From an uncultured Verrucomicrobiae bacterium (GTDB lineage: Bacteria > Verrucomicrobiota > Verrucomicrobiia > Chthoniobacterales > JAATET01): 64,000 bases of DNA. Location: assembly GCA_963719495.1 (NCBI GenBank), contig CAVRCI010000004.1:96001-160000 (forward strand), given 5' to 3'. Below, piece after piece: positions 1 through 9,545 of this stretch; the stretch's first letter is position 1, and every line of letters starts with the position of its first letter. Both the position numbers and the translations under genes were made by a program. Under the pieces are notes generated by a model that was not told the DNA's origin, searched no databases, and worked only from the letters and a program-made list of their open reading frames with translations.

Positions 1-395
1 TGACAAAGATTTGTGACGCGGGGCGGACGGTGCTCATCGAGACGAGCGGGGCGCACGACATTTCGAAGATCGACGAGCGGGTGCATCGGATCGTGGATTT
101 CAAAACGCCTTCGAGCGGCGAAGTGGCTCGGAATCTGGCCTCGAACGTCGGGCACCTCGCGAAGCGGGACGAGGTGAAGTTCGTGATCGGGTCGCGGGAG
201 GATTACGAGTGGACGCGGGAGCGCATTCGCGAACACGGCTTGACCCAGCGGGTTCAAGCTGTGCTGCTGAGCCCGGTTTTCGGGAAGATTGATCCGCGGG
301 ACATCGTGGCGTGGATGCTAGACGACAAGTTGGACGCGAGGTTTCAACTGCAGATGCACAAGTTCATCTGGGATCCGAAGAAACAGGGGGTGTAG
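1..395 (+). CDS. queE: 7-carboxy-7-deazaguanine synthase (radical SAM), 5'-truncated by window edge
   Basis: Frame open from position 3; QueE C-terminal motifs ETSG, DFKTPSSGE, DEVKFVI, LSPVF, QLQMHKFIW; directly upstream of queD. Confidence 0.88.
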   Translation, partial: TKICDAGRTVLIETSGAHDISKIDERVHRIVDFKTPSSGEVARNLASNVGHLAKRDEVKFVIGSREDYEWTRERIREHGLTQRVQAVLLSPVFGKIDPRDIVAWMLDDKLDARFQLQMHKFIWDPKKQGV

Positions 396-404
396 GGGGC
401 TGAG

Positions 405-438
405 GATTTATGATTTATGATTTATGATTTATGATTTT
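405..438 (+). repeat. GATTTAT heptamer tandem array (4 copies plus partial)
   Basis: Read directly between queE and queD; same family at 52400-52432 and 53902-53936. Confidence 0.95.
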
Positions 439-449
439 GGATGCGTTGC

Positions 450-809
450 ATGAGAGCGACTTTGGTTAAGGATTTTCGGTTCGAGTCGGCCCAGACGCTG
501 CCGAAGGCCGGGGCGGGACATAAGTGCGGGCAGATGCACGGGCACAGTTTTCTGGTGGAGATTTCGGTGGAGGGTGAGGTCGATCCGGAGACGGGCTGGA
601 TCTACGACCACGCGAGGATCTCCAGGGCGATGAACCCGATCGTCGACCGGCTCGACCACGCTTATCTCAACGAGATCGAGGGGTTGGAAAATCCGACCAT
701 CGAGCTGATGGCGGCTTGGCTCTGGGAGCGGCTGGCGCCGGACCTGCCGGGCTTGAGCGAAATCGTGATTCACGAGACGCCGACGGCGCGGGTGCGGTTT
801 CGCGGCTAG
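450..809 (+). CDS. queD: 6-carboxy-5,6,7,8-tetrahydropterin synthase
   Basis: FRFESA, HKCGQMHGHSF, LDHAYLNEIEGLENPTIE, HET motifs; start ATG 450 (or 441). Confidence 0.92.
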   Translation: MRATLVKDFRFESAQTLPKAGAGHKCGQMHGHSFLVEISVEGEVDPETGWIYDHARISRAMNPIVDRLDHAYLNEIEGLENPTIELMAAWLWERLAPDLPGLSEIVIHETPTARVRFRG

Positions 810-1258
810 TTCGCGCGGTCCCGGTCCGCGACGAAGCCCTTGAAGGCCGCGAGGGTTTCGGGGCTGACGTGATGCTCGATGCCTTCGGCGTCCGAGCGGG
901 CGGTCGCGGGTGAGATGCCGAGCGCTTCGAGGAACGCGACGACGGATTCGTGCCGGGCCTTCGACTTGATCGCCAGGGTGCGGCCAGCCTCGGTGAGGAA
1001 GATCGAGCGGTAGGGTTGGGTGGTGACGAGGCCATCCCGCTGGAGGCGTTGGACCGTGCGGATGACCGTCACGTGGGTGACGCCGAGCGCACGGGCGAGG
1101 TCGGTGGCGCGGGCCTCGCCGCGGTCGTCGATGAGGCCGGCGATGGCTTCTACGTAATCCTGAGCACGCTCCTGCGCGTGTTGCTGGCGCGTGCGGGCCT
1201 GGATGGCTGCCATTTCGGCCGGGGTGGGGTGATTTGGGGGGTTGGGATTGGCGGGCAT
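806..1258 (-). CDS. mntR: Mn-dependent DtxR/MntR-family transcriptional regulator
   Basis: DYVEAI..L, ARATDLARALGVTHVTV (HTH), RHESVVAFL, DAEGIEHHVS; divergent from Mn ABC operon; start trimmed to ATG 1258. Confidence 0.9.
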   Translation of the reverse strand: MPANPNPPNHPTPAEMAAIQARTRQQHAQERAQDYVEAIAGLIDDRGEARATDLARALGVTHVTVIRTVQRLQRDGLVTTQPYRSIFLTEAGRTLAIKSKARHESVVAFLEALGISPATARSDAEGIEHHVSPETLAAFKGFVADRDRAN

Positions 1259-1716
1259 GGGGTGGGCTAGGAGATTTTCGCTTCGCTGCCAATGACACGG
1301 GTTGTTTTGAACAGAGCGCTGGCGACTGGGAGCACCGGAGCCTGGGAAGGCTCGGGGCAGACGCCATCGGCTCTGCGATGGTGCCCGAAGGGCGAGACGC
1401 TTGGGAAAGCGCGAGTCCACCCGCGGGGCAGACTGCATCGGCCCTGCGATGCAGCCCGAAGGGCGGGACGAGCGGGAGCGAGCGAGTCAACGGAACGAAG
1501 AGAACGATGGGGAAGACGGATACCAATGCGGCTTTGAACAGAAGGCCGCAAAGGTCGCAAAGATTTGGAAGAATGGGCTTCGCTGCCGTTGATCGAGTCA
1601 TCCCCGGCTTCTTGACGCGCTCGCGCGTTCGTGGTCCTCAGCATGATAGAAAAGTGGGGCGGGATATTTGGTCGGGATTGGCTCGTGCGGGTGGATTCCG
1701 TGTCGGGTGGATTCCG

Positions 1717-1745
1717 TTGACAGATTTTCGAACCGTAAGTATCTT
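1717..1745 (+). promoter_or_regulatory. sigma70-type promoter of the metal ABC operon
   Basis: TTGACA(1717-1722)-17 nt-TATCTT(1740-1745). Confidence 0.75.
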
Positions 1746-1753
1746 CTGCTTCG

Positions 1754-1775
1754 AAATGTAGGCAAGGCTACAATT
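1754..1775. promoter_or_regulatory. Putative MntR operator
   Basis: Imperfect 22-bp palindrome AAATGTAGGCAAGGCTACAATT just downstream of the -10; resembles the enterobacterial MntR box AAACATAGC-N4-GCTATGTTT. Confidence 0.7.
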
Positions 1776-1789
1776 CGACCGGTATCACT

Positions 1790-2713
1790 ATGAAGATCAA
1801 ACGAGACAACAGCTTCCGTCACCTCACGATACTTGGCGTTTTTGCCGCTGGGCTGGTGATGCTCGTGGGATGCGTCGACGAGAAGAAGGACGGGACGAAG
1901 CGGATTCTGACTTCGTTCACGATCATTCAGGACATGGCGCAGAACGTGGCGGGGGATAAAGCGATCGTGGAATCGATCACGAAGCCGGGCGCGGAGATTC
2001 ATGAATACGAGCCGACGCCGCTCGACATCGTCAAGGCGCAGTCGGCGGATTTGGTGCTGTGGAACGGTATGGGGTTGGAACGGTGGTTCGAGAAATTTTT
2101 CAAGAACGTGAAGGGTGTGCCGGTGGCTCTGCTGAGCGAAGGGATCGATCCGATCGGCATTTCCGAGGGTCCCTACAACGGGAAACCGAATCCGCACAGT
2201 TGGATGTCGCCGGCCAATGCCGCGATCTACGTCGAGAACATCCGGAAGGCTCTCGTGGAGCTCGATCCGGCGAACGCCGAGACCTACAACGCCAACGCGG
2301 CGGCTTACACGAAAGAGCTGCGGGCGATCGATGAGCCGGTGCGCGAGAAGTTGGCGGAAATTCCGGAGGCACAGCGGACGCTCGTGTCGTGCGAGGGGGC
2401 GTTTTCCTACCTTCTGCGGAACTACGACATGCGTGAACTTTTCCTTTGGCCGGTGAACGCCGACGAAGAAGGGACGCCGCAGCAGGTGCGGCACGTGGTC
2501 GACACGGTCCGGGAGCGCGGGATTCCGGTCGTGTTCAGCGAGAGCACGATCAGCCCGAAGGCGATGCTGCAGGTGGCGAAAGAGACCGGAGCGCGTTACG
2601 GCGGGGTGCTTTACGTGGATTCACTCACGACCGAGGACGGCCCGGCACCGACCTACCTCGACTTGCTCCGTTACAATGCGGATCAGATCGTGAAAGGCTT
2701 CGAAGGCAAGTGA
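1790..2713 (+). CDS. Mn/Fe ABC transporter substrate-binding lipoprotein (SitA/YfeA/TroA family)
   Basis: Lipobox [37 protein letters not shown]. Confidence 0.93.
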   Translation: MKIKRDNSFRHLTILGVFAAGLVMLVGCVDEKKDGTKRILTSFTIIQDMAQNVAGDKAIVESITKPGAEIHEYEPTPLDIVKAQSADLVLWNGMGLERWFEKFFKNVKGVPVALLSEGIDPIGISEGPYNGKPNPHSWMSPANAAIYVENIRKALVELDPANAETYNANAAAYTKELRAIDEPVREKLAEIPEAQRTLVSCEGAFSYLLRNYDMRELFLWPVNADEEGTPQQVRHVVDTVRERGIPVVFSESTISPKAMLQVAKETGARYGGVLYVDSLTTEDGPAPTYLDLLRYNADQIVKGFEGK

Positions 2714-2730
2714 GTCGAGCCGACGACGAC

Positions 2731-3624
2731 ATGGAAAATGCGCCGACCGAACCAACGTCGCTCGACGTGAACGTCAGTGACGTCACGGTCACCTACAACA
2801 ACGGCCACACGGCACTGCACGACGCTTCCTTCCATTTGAAGCACGGTTCGATCTGCGCACTCGTTGGCGTGAATGGCAGCGGCAAGTCGACGCTTTTCAA
2901 GGCGATCATGGGATTCGTGCGACCTTCGAAGGGGATGGTCACCATCGGCGGGCGGCCCGTGAAGGAGGCTCAGAAGAAAAATTGGGTCGCCTACGTGCCG
3001 CAGTCCGAGGAGGTCGACTGGACCTTCCCCGTGAGCGTGGCGGATGTCGTGATGATGGGGCGGTATGGGTTCATGAACTTCCTGCGAACGCCGCGGGCCG
3101 AGGACAAGCGGCTTGTTCAAGAGAGCCTCGAGCGGGTGAAGATGTGGGATTATCGGGATCGCCAGATTGGTGAATTATCGGGCGGGCAGAAGAAGCGCGT
3201 GTTCCTGGCTCGGGCCTTGGCTCAGGGCGGGCGGGTCATTCTGCTCGACGAGCCTTTCACCGGCGTGGACGTGAAGACGGAGGCGGCCATCGTGGAATTG
3301 CTCCGCGAGCTGCGCGACGCGGGGCACATCATGCTGGTGTCGACGCACAACCTCGGGTCGGTTCCGGAGTTTTGCGATCAAGTCGTGCTGCTCAATCGGA
3401 CGGTATTGGCCTTCGGGCCGACGGAGGAGGTTTTCACCAAGGAAAACCTGGCTCTTGCGTTCGGCGGTGTGCTTCGGCACTTCCAGTTCGATCAGTCCAC
3501 GGTCGATGACACCGACGGGCGGCAGGTGATTCTGCTCACCGACGACGAGCGCCCGGTCGTGCTGGGCCGCGGTGGCCACCTCGAGCGGCGGATCGAAGAG
3601 GAGAAAAAGAAGGCCGGGGCGTGA
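2731..3624 (+). CDS. Mn/Fe ABC transporter ATP-binding protein (SitB/YfeB)
   Basis: [23 protein letters not shown]; start ATG 2731 or overlapping GTG 2710. Confidence 0.93.
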   Translation: MENAPTEPTSLDVNVSDVTVTYNNGHTALHDASFHLKHGSICALVGVNGSGKSTLFKAIMGFVRPSKGMVTIGGRPVKEAQKKNWVAYVPQSEEVDWTFPVSVADVVMMGRYGFMNFLRTPRAEDKRLVQESLERVKMWDYRDRQIGELSGGQKKRVFLARALAQGGRVILLDEPFTGVDVKTEAAIVELLRELRDAGHIMLVSTHNLGSVPEFCDQVVLLNRTVLAFGPTEEVFTKENLALAFGGVLRHFQFDQSTVDDTDGRQVILLTDDERPVVLGRGGHLERRIEEEKKKAGA

Positions 3625-4502
3625 TCGAGCAACTCTCCATTCCGTTTCAATACGAATACATGCTGAAGGCGATCTTCGTGAGCGCCCTCATTGGCGGGGT
3701 CTGCGCGTTGTTGTCGTGCTTTGTGACGCTGAAGGGTTGGTCGCTCATGGGCGACGCGCTGGCCCATTCGATCGTGCCCGGTGTGGCGATCGCGGCGATC
3801 GTCGGATTGCCGTTCGCGGCGGGGGCGTTCGTTGCCGGGATGTTGGCGGCGGCGGGGATGGGGTTCGTGAAAGCGAAGACGCCGATCCGGGAGGACGCGA
3901 CGATTGGGATCGTCTTCACGGCCTTCTTCGCGCTGGGGTTGCTGCTCATTTCGATCTATCCGACGGGGTTCAATCTCCGGACGATCGTGTTTGGCAACAT
4001 GCTCGGGATGGCTGATTTCGACATCCTGCAGGCGCTGATCATCTGCGGATTTGCGGTGGTGGTTCTCTTCGCGAAGTGGCGGGACTTGCTGCTCTTCTGC
4101 TTCGATCCGAATCAGGCGCGGTCGATCGGACTGAACACGACGGTGCTGCATTTCACGCTGCTGACCTTGCTTTCGGCCGTGGCGGTGGCGGCCCTGCAAG
4201 CGGTCGGGGCGTGTTTGGTGGTCGCCATGCTCGTGACGCCCGGGGCGACGGCTTATTTGCTGACCGACCGGTTCGGCAGGATGATGGGGATCGCCGGGGC
4301 GATGGGCGTGGTGAGTTCCGCGGTCGGGGCCTACGGGAGTTACTTTCTCGATGGGTCGGTGGGGGGATGCATCGTCGTTCTCCAAACGTCGTTGTTCCTG
4401 CTCGCGCTCGCGTTCGCGCCGAAACACGGGATGTTGGCGGCGCGGCGGGCCACGCGGCGGGCGATCGATCCTTCGGATGATGGCCGGGAGGTGACCGCGT
4501 GA
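3621..4502 (+). CDS. Mn/Fe ABC transporter permease (SitC/YfeC)
   Basis: [28 protein letters not shown]; hydrophobic; GTGA-coupled. Confidence 0.92.
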   Translation: MIEQLSIPFQYEYMLKAIFVSALIGGVCALLSCFVTLKGWSLMGDALAHSIVPGVAIAAIVGLPFAAGAFVAGMLAAAGMGFVKAKTPIREDATIGIVFTAFFALGLLLISIYPTGFNLRTIVFGNMLGMADFDILQALIICGFAVVVLFAKWRDLLLFCFDPNQARSIGLNTTVLHFTLLTLLSAVAVAALQAVGACLVVAMLVTPGATAYLLTDRFGRMMGIAGAMGVVSSAVGAYGSYFLDGSVGGCIVVLQTSLFLLALAFAPKHGMLAARRATRRAIDPSDDGREVTA

Positions 4503-5422
4503 ACGCGGCGATCGAGCTTTTCTTGCAGGATCCGGTGGCGCCGTTTCGCTATCGGTTCATGCTGGAAGCTTTGGGTGTCGGCGCGCTGGTGGGCGTCGTC
4601 TGCGCGCTGCTTTCGTGCTATTTGGTCCTGAAAGGCTGGTCGCTGATGGGGGACGCGATTTCGCACGCGATGCTGCCGGGGATCGTGCTGGCCTACATCA
4701 TCGGAATCCCGCTTTCGATCGGGGCGTTTGCGGCGGGGCTGTTCTGCGCGACGGCGACGGGGTTCATCAAATCCCACAGCCGGGTGAAGGAGGATACGGT
4801 GATGGGGATCGTGTTCACGGGACTGTTTGGGCTGGGGTTGGTTCTATTCTCGAAGGTCGAGACCGACATCCATCTCAATCACATCCTCTTCGGCAGCCTG
4901 CTCGGGATCCCGCAGGCGCTCATCATTCAAACGGCCATCGTAGGTGGGTTGACGCTCACCGCGGTGCTGATTCTCCGGAAGGATCTGCTCCTCTTCTGCT
5001 TCGACGCGAACCACGCGCGCTCGGTCGGGCTCAATACGACGCGGCTTTATTACACGCTGCTCTCGCTGGTCGCGCTGGCGATCGTGGTTTCGCTCCAGGC
5101 GGTCGGGATTATTCTCGTGATCGCGATGCTGATCACGCCGGGGTGCATTGGGCTGCTGTTGAGTCAGCGATTTTCGCGTGTGCTGTGGATTGCCGCGGGA
5201 TCCGCCGTGATCTCGAGCTTGGTGGGGGTTTACGTGAGTTTTTTCATCAACGGGGCGACGGGTGCCTGCATCGTGCTCGCTCTGGTGGCCCAATTTCTAC
5301 TCGCGATGTTCTTTGCTCCGAAGAACGGCTTGTTGGCGCGGCGGTTCGTGCGGCGGCGGGTGGACGCGGCGCTCCCGGTCCGCGATGGATCGGAGACCGA
5401 CAAGGCGCTGGCGGTGGGGTGA
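4499..5422 (+). CDS. Mn/Fe ABC transporter permease (SitD/YfeD)
   Basis: [28 protein letters not shown]; paralogue of preceding gene. Confidence 0.92.
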   Translation: MNAAIELFLQDPVAPFRYRFMLEALGVGALVGVVCALLSCYLVLKGWSLMGDAISHAMLPGIVLAYIIGIPLSIGAFAAGLFCATATGFIKSHSRVKEDTVMGIVFTGLFGLGLVLFSKVETDIHLNHILFGSLLGIPQALIIQTAIVGGLTLTAVLILRKDLLLFCFDANHARSVGLNTTRLYYTLLSLVALAIVVSLQAVGIILVIAMLITPGCIGLLLSQRFSRVLWIAAGSAVISSLVGVYVSFFINGATGACIVLALVAQFLLAMFFAPKNGLLARRFVRRRVDAALPVRDGSETDKALAVG

Positions 5423-5448
5423 TCGGGCGAGGCCGGGGTGTTTTGTGG

Positions 5449-5540
5449 TGTAGCGGCGGTCTGTGACCGCCGGGCGCTTCTGTAAGACGGTCGGCTCCAT
5501 CTGTCGCGAAATCAGCGACGGTCATAGACTCGCCGCTACA
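5449..5540. repeat. Inverted pair of GTAG-type REP palindromes (REPIN-like)
   Basis: TGTAG-CGGCGGTC-TGT-GACCGCCG ... CGACGGTC-ATA-GACTCGCCG-CTACA between convergent genes. Confidence 0.75.
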
Positions 5541-5622
5541 TCGCTTCGCGGGTCCACTCGTCGGCGGGAGATGGTATTCGTCGCGAACTGTCGCTCCCGC
5601 GGATCATAGGTCGGAAGCTCGT

Positions 5623-6186
5623 TCAATGTGCTCCCTGGAGGACGATTTCCGTGAGGGCGGCGGGGTTGCCCGACCGGGCCGGGTAGATCGATCGAATTTC
5701 GAGCGTGAGGGTGTCGCCAACGTCGAGGTAGATGTCGTCGAATTCGATCCGCTGCCAACGAGGGGTGTCGGCGAGCCGCATCACGAGGGCGGGTCGTCCG
5801 TTGTGCGAGAGCAGCAGGTCTTTCACCCGACCGTAGTCTTTGAATTCGGCGAGGGGGTGAATCCGCCCGTTCACGACATCGATTCCGTAGAACGGCGTGC
5901 CGTCCAGTTCGCGCGGGAGGTCGGCGGGAAATCGGAACGTCAGCTTGTCGCCGACTCGGGCTGTCGTCCAGGCCGTGTCGGCCTGACCGTCGTTGATGGG
6001 GGGAATCGGGTCCGGGGTGGTCCCGGCGCTCGCGCTCCATGGGAACGAGCAGGTGAGTGAGCAGCCACCCATGAGTTGCTGGATGACCGGGTTGCCGACC
6101 TCTGCCCGGTGGAGCGGGATATCGCCGGCGTAGGCGGAAGCGAGGAGCGCCAGCATGGTGAGGGTGGCCGCAATCTTCCCGGTCAT
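5623..6186 (-). CDS. Secreted protein with discoidin-like (NADase-type glycan-binding-like) domain
   Basis: Signal peptide; GGCSLTC, DG..DTAW, NG....F..YGRVK, LEIRSIYP, ALTEI motifs. Confidence 0.6.
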   Translation of the reverse strand: MTGKIAATLTMLALLASAYAGDIPLHRAEVGNPVIQQLMGGCSLTCSFPWSASAGTTPDPIPPINDGQADTAWTTARVGDKLTFRFPADLPRELDGTPFYGIDVVNGRIHPLAEFKDYGRVKDLLLSHNGRPALVMRLADTPRWQRIEFDDIYLDVGDTLTLEIRSIYPARSGNPAALTEIVLQGAH

Positions 6187-6336
6187 GGCTCGAACCTAGC
6201 GCGATTCCCCGGTCAGAAAAACCCGGATTTCCCGAAGGCGAAAGCGATTCGTCGAATCGGGGCGGGTGGGGAGCTTCGATCCCTTGGGATGGATTGTCAC
6301 GTTGCGGCAACGCACCACGCTGGAGAGTGGCGGATT

Positions 6337-8922
6337 TTAGCGGACGAAAGTGGCTCGGACTCTTTTGGAGATTAGGAGGTAGGGGATCCAGATTGCGGCG
6401 CTGATGATGGACGCGACGATTTCCGCGACACCGGAAGAATCGATTTTGACTTCGTCGGACACGATCGCCAAGCAGACCGCAACGACTACGGCGTACGAGA
6501 TCGAGGCGGTCGTAAGCGCGATTGTCGTCGCTGGAAACAAGCGGTAGCGGCCGATGAAGAGCGGGATGAGCGCGACGTGGAAAACGAGCAGCGCCAGGAA
6601 GACCAGCGGGGAAGCTGCGTAAAGACCTCCGAAGATCCAAGTGTAGACAATATTCTCACCTTCGACGAGGGCGTCCCACGCGTGTTGATTGAGGCTGGGG
6701 AGGACGTCCGTGGCAACGATCGGGATCAGGCTGAGGGGTGTCACGATCACACCGAATCCGAGGAGGTAGAGCCAACCGCCGATGGCTTGGTAGCGGGGGG
6801 TGGGCGGCGAGGTCGGGAGCGGTGGCGGAACGGAAGTGCGACGGAAGAGGCGTCGGGCCGCAACGGACGAGCCGATGACCGTGGCGAGCATGGCGGCGAG
6901 CATCCAGAGGTTGAGCTTCCAAGGCGGTGAGTCGCCGAGGCGTTGATCCGAGGACGCGGCGTACCAGACCGCATCCCAGGATTTGCGGGCGGCGGTCTGG
7001 TATTTCTCAATATCGTCGGTGGGGATGGACCGGACGAGCGCTTGGTAATGGCCGTCGATGGTGACGGTGGGGCCGCGCGAATGGGTGGTGTAGGTGAAGT
7101 CGAACCAGGGGTTTCGCTCGCGGAAGTTCTGGGCGTCATCGGGCCAGGCTTCGGGGAGATTGATGGTGGTTCGGATCTGGTAGTCGCGGGGCCACGGGAG
7201 GTCGAAGGGCCATTTGCGCCGGGTTTTGGCGGGCCAGGTGAGTTGTGATTCGAGGTCGGGTTGGTGGAATTCCGCGTTCTGGATGAGCGGGTTCTCAGCG
7301 TCCTCTTTCCAGAATGCGGTGATCTCGTAGGTTTCGCGGATGACGAATGTGTTGGTGACGGGATCGTCTTCGAAGGTGAGCGGGACTTTGGTTTCGATAC
7401 CGGGGTAGTCCTTGGCGTAGTAATCGAGATACTGTTTTTGGAGCGCGCGGGCACCGGAGTCCGCCATCCAGCGGCGGGATTTTTCGGCCTGATAGCCGGT
7501 GGTTGTGGTGACGAGCGTGAGTGTCGCGGGGGTTGGGTTGGTGTCTGCGGGAACGGTGAAGGTCTGCTGGACCTGGGTTTTACCGAGGGACTCGGGGCGG
7601 GGTTGGATCTCGCGGAGGGTGGACTCGCCGACCGCGACGCGGAGACCGAAGCCGTAGGGTGGGATGAAGAGCTGATTAAGCGGGCCGCGTTGCTGGGTGC
7701 GGGTGGGATCGAGGATGAGGTTGCCGGTGGGGAGTTCGACTTCGGCGATGACGTGGTTGAAGGCGTAGGGCGAGGGAATGAAGTCGGCGACGGACTTTTC
7801 CCAATCGGTGTTCACGAGGACAGGGTGAACGTTGATCCCGATCCGATCGAGGATGGTGCCGAAGAGGGTGAGCTTCTCTTTGCAGTCGCCGAAGCGCTTG
7901 GTGAAGACCTCGGTGGGGCTGCGGGGCTGGTGGGAATTGATGCCGGTCTCTTCGCCGAGGTAGCGAATCTGGTCCTGGACGAAGCGAAGGGCGGCGGCGG
8001 TCTGGGCGGTGGGGTTGGGTTCCTGGGCGATGCGGGCGATTTCGGCTTCGAGTGCGGGCGGGATGGGTTGCTGGAAGTTGAAGAGGGGGATGGCCCAGTT
8101 GACGACCTCGCTCCAGGTGGCCATGTCGCTGATTTCGATCCACGGGTAGACGTTGACCCAGCGGGGAACGTCGTCTTCGCGTTGAACGATGGGTGGGTCG
8201 TCCACGCGCCATTCGAGGAGATTGCCGGTGCGGGTGGGTTCGAGGTCGGTGCCGTGCCGGCGGATGTGCAGGGGTTTGTCGGGGGTGGTTTCGACGCGGG
8301 AGCGGATGGTTTGGACGGGTTCGTCGAGCGCGACGGTGAGGGAGTCGTAGAAGTGCCCTTTCATCACGGGATTCTCGCCGCGGCGGGTGAAGGAGTAGCG
8401 GAAGATGTCGCCGGGGCGGATGTCGGTCAGGCGGATAACGACGGTGTAGGTGCCGTCGATGACGAAATCTTCGAGGTCGGTCTCGCGCCGCATGCTGCTG
8501 ACGATGTCGGGCGTGAGGCGGGGTCGCCACGTGCCGTCGCGGAGGACGTCGACTTTGTGAAGCTCGAGGGTCTCGTATTCCGGGTCGATGACGATGCGGA
8601 TCTCGGAGCCGTTCTGGACGCCGGTTTCGCTGACGATCTGACGGGCGAAGTGGCCGTAGGATTCTTCGGTGGCGACGCGGTGGAATTCGTCGCGGAGGTA
8701 GTAATAGACGCCGTTGGTGAGGTCGGCGGTGGGGGTGGTGGTCGGTGGGGTGACGGGGAGCGGGGTGGCCCAGGTGGGTTCGGGGGTGATGGTGTAAAGG
8801 TTGGGCTGGGTCTGGGGTTGGGCGGATGCGAGGTGGGTGAGGGTTACGGTGAGCGCCAGCGCTAGGGCGAGGGTGGTGAGAAACGGAATGGAGATGCGGA
8901 GGTGGTGCGGGCGGGCTGGCAT
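6337..8922 (-). CDS. DUF3857 + transglutaminase-like protein with C-terminal membrane (DUF2569-like) domain
   Basis: Signal peptide; IRPGDIFRYSF; FGDCKEK, FNHVI, LDPT Cys-His-Asp triad; IGGWL and WIPYLLISKRVRATF in the hydrophobic tail. Confidence 0.8.
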   Translation of the reverse strand: MPARPHHLRISIPFLTTLALALALTVTLTHLASAQPQTQPNLYTITPEPTWATPLPVTPPTTTPTADLTNGVYYYLRDEFHRVATEESYGHFARQIVSETGVQNGSEIRIVIDPEYETLELHKVDVLRDGTWRPRLTPDIVSSMRRETDLEDFVIDGTYTVVIRLTDIRPGDIFRYSFTRRGENPVMKGHFYDSLTVALDEPVQTIRSRVETTPDKPLHIRRHGTDLEPTRTGNLLEWRVDDPPIVQREDDVPRWVNVYPWIEISDMATWSEVVNWAIPLFNFQQPIPPALEAEIARIAQEPNPTAQTAAALRFVQDQIRYLGEETGINSHQPRSPTEVFTKRFGDCKEKLTLFGTILDRIGINVHPVLVNTDWEKSVADFIPSPYAFNHVIAEVELPTGNLILDPTRTQQRGPLNQLFIPPYGFGLRVAVGESTLREIQPRPESLGKTQVQQTFTVPADTNPTPATLTLVTTTTGYQAEKSRRWMADSGARALQKQYLDYYAKDYPGIETKVPLTFEDDPVTNTFVIRETYEITAFWKEDAENPLIQNAEFHQPDLESQLTWPAKTRRKWPFDLPWPRDYQIRTTINLPEAWPDDAQNFRERNPWFDFTYTTHSRGPTVTIDGHYQALVRSIPTDDIEKYQTAARKSWDAVWYAASSDQRLGDSPPWKLNLWMLAAMLATVIGSSVAARRLFRRTSVPPPLPTSPPTPRYQAIGGWLYLLGFGVIVTPLSLIPIVATDVLPSLNQHAWDALVEGENIVYTWIFGGLYAASPLVFLALLVFHVALIPLFIGRYRLFPATTIALTTASISYAVVVAVCLAIVSDEVKIDSSGVAEIVASIISAAIWIPYLLISKRVRATFVR

Positions 8923-8990
8923 GGTGGCTGGGTGATTGGTAGCGGGGTGGGGGCGTTTGGGGAAGAGTGTCCGGCTTTGCCGGATTGGGG

Positions 8991-9106
8991 TGGGTCGGCG
9001 AGTGGGAAGTCGCCGCTCCTTGAAGCTCGGCTCTCTCGCTTCGCTCGACTTGCCGACTTGATGCGGCGGGACGCCGCATCTCGCACGCGGGACGCGTGCG
9101 CTCCCC
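8991..9106 (+). repeat. Composite REP element (REP-A + linker + REP-B)
   Basis: Co-linear with 42176-42290; REP-A part matches the RAYT-flanking repeats. Confidence 0.85.
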
Positions 9107-9116
9107 GGGCACGAAG

Positions 9117-9146
9117 AAGCCGGGCGAATTTCTTCGCCCGGCTTTT
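9117..9146. terminator. Intrinsic terminator downstream of rpsA-glutaredoxin
   Basis: AAGCCGGGCGAA-TTTC-TTCGCCCGGCTT perfect 12-bp stem with T-rich flanks on both strands. Confidence 0.7.
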
Positions 9147-9168
9147 CGGTTTGATCTGTCCGTTTTGC

Positions 9169-9504
9169 TTAGATCTTCATTCGGACCATGGCTTCGTGCT
9201 CTTCGTCAGTGCAGGGGGCGTTGAGCGGGACGCTCGTCGCTTTGTCGCTGTCGCCGACGAGGCCGGCCTCGTTGAGGTAGCCTTCGAGCTCTTCGCCGCT
9301 GATGTCGGCGAGCATCTTGCCGTCGACTTCGACGCAGGGCGAAAGCGGTTGGCCGCTGCGCTGCTCCATTTCCCAGCGGTGGGCCGGGTTTTGGATGATG
9401 TCTTTCTCGGTGTAGGCGAGCTCATACTTCGCGAGGACGGCGCGGACGCCGGCGCTCCACCCGCAGGTGGTCTTGAGGTAGGCTGTGATGTCGGGTTTGC
9501 TCAT
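9169..9504 (-). CDS. Glutaredoxin-like protein (CGWS monothiol motif)
   Basis: TTCGWS, SGQPLSPCVEVDG thioredoxin-fold motifs. Confidence 0.8.
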   Translation of the reverse strand: MSKPDITAYLKTTCGWSAGVRAVLAKYELAYTEKDIIQNPAHRWEMEQRSGQPLSPCVEVDGKMLADISGEELEGYLNEAGLVGDSDKATSVPLNAPCTDEEHEAMVRMKI

Positions 9505-9545
9505 GGTTCGAGTAGTGTCGCTGAAGCTTCGGATTCCGCGAACGA

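Noticed and set aside
1..809. queE/queD as a 7-deazaguanine DNA-modification (dpd) island
   Set aside because: No dpdA/tgt-like or defence genes adjacent within the window; queH is present, so ordinary tRNA queuosine synthesis is the simpler reading.
1259..1690. yybP-ykoY Mn riboswitch between mntR and the ABC operon
   Set aside because: No recognisable aptamer motifs; the region is explained by repeat fragments, and the promoter lies downstream of it.
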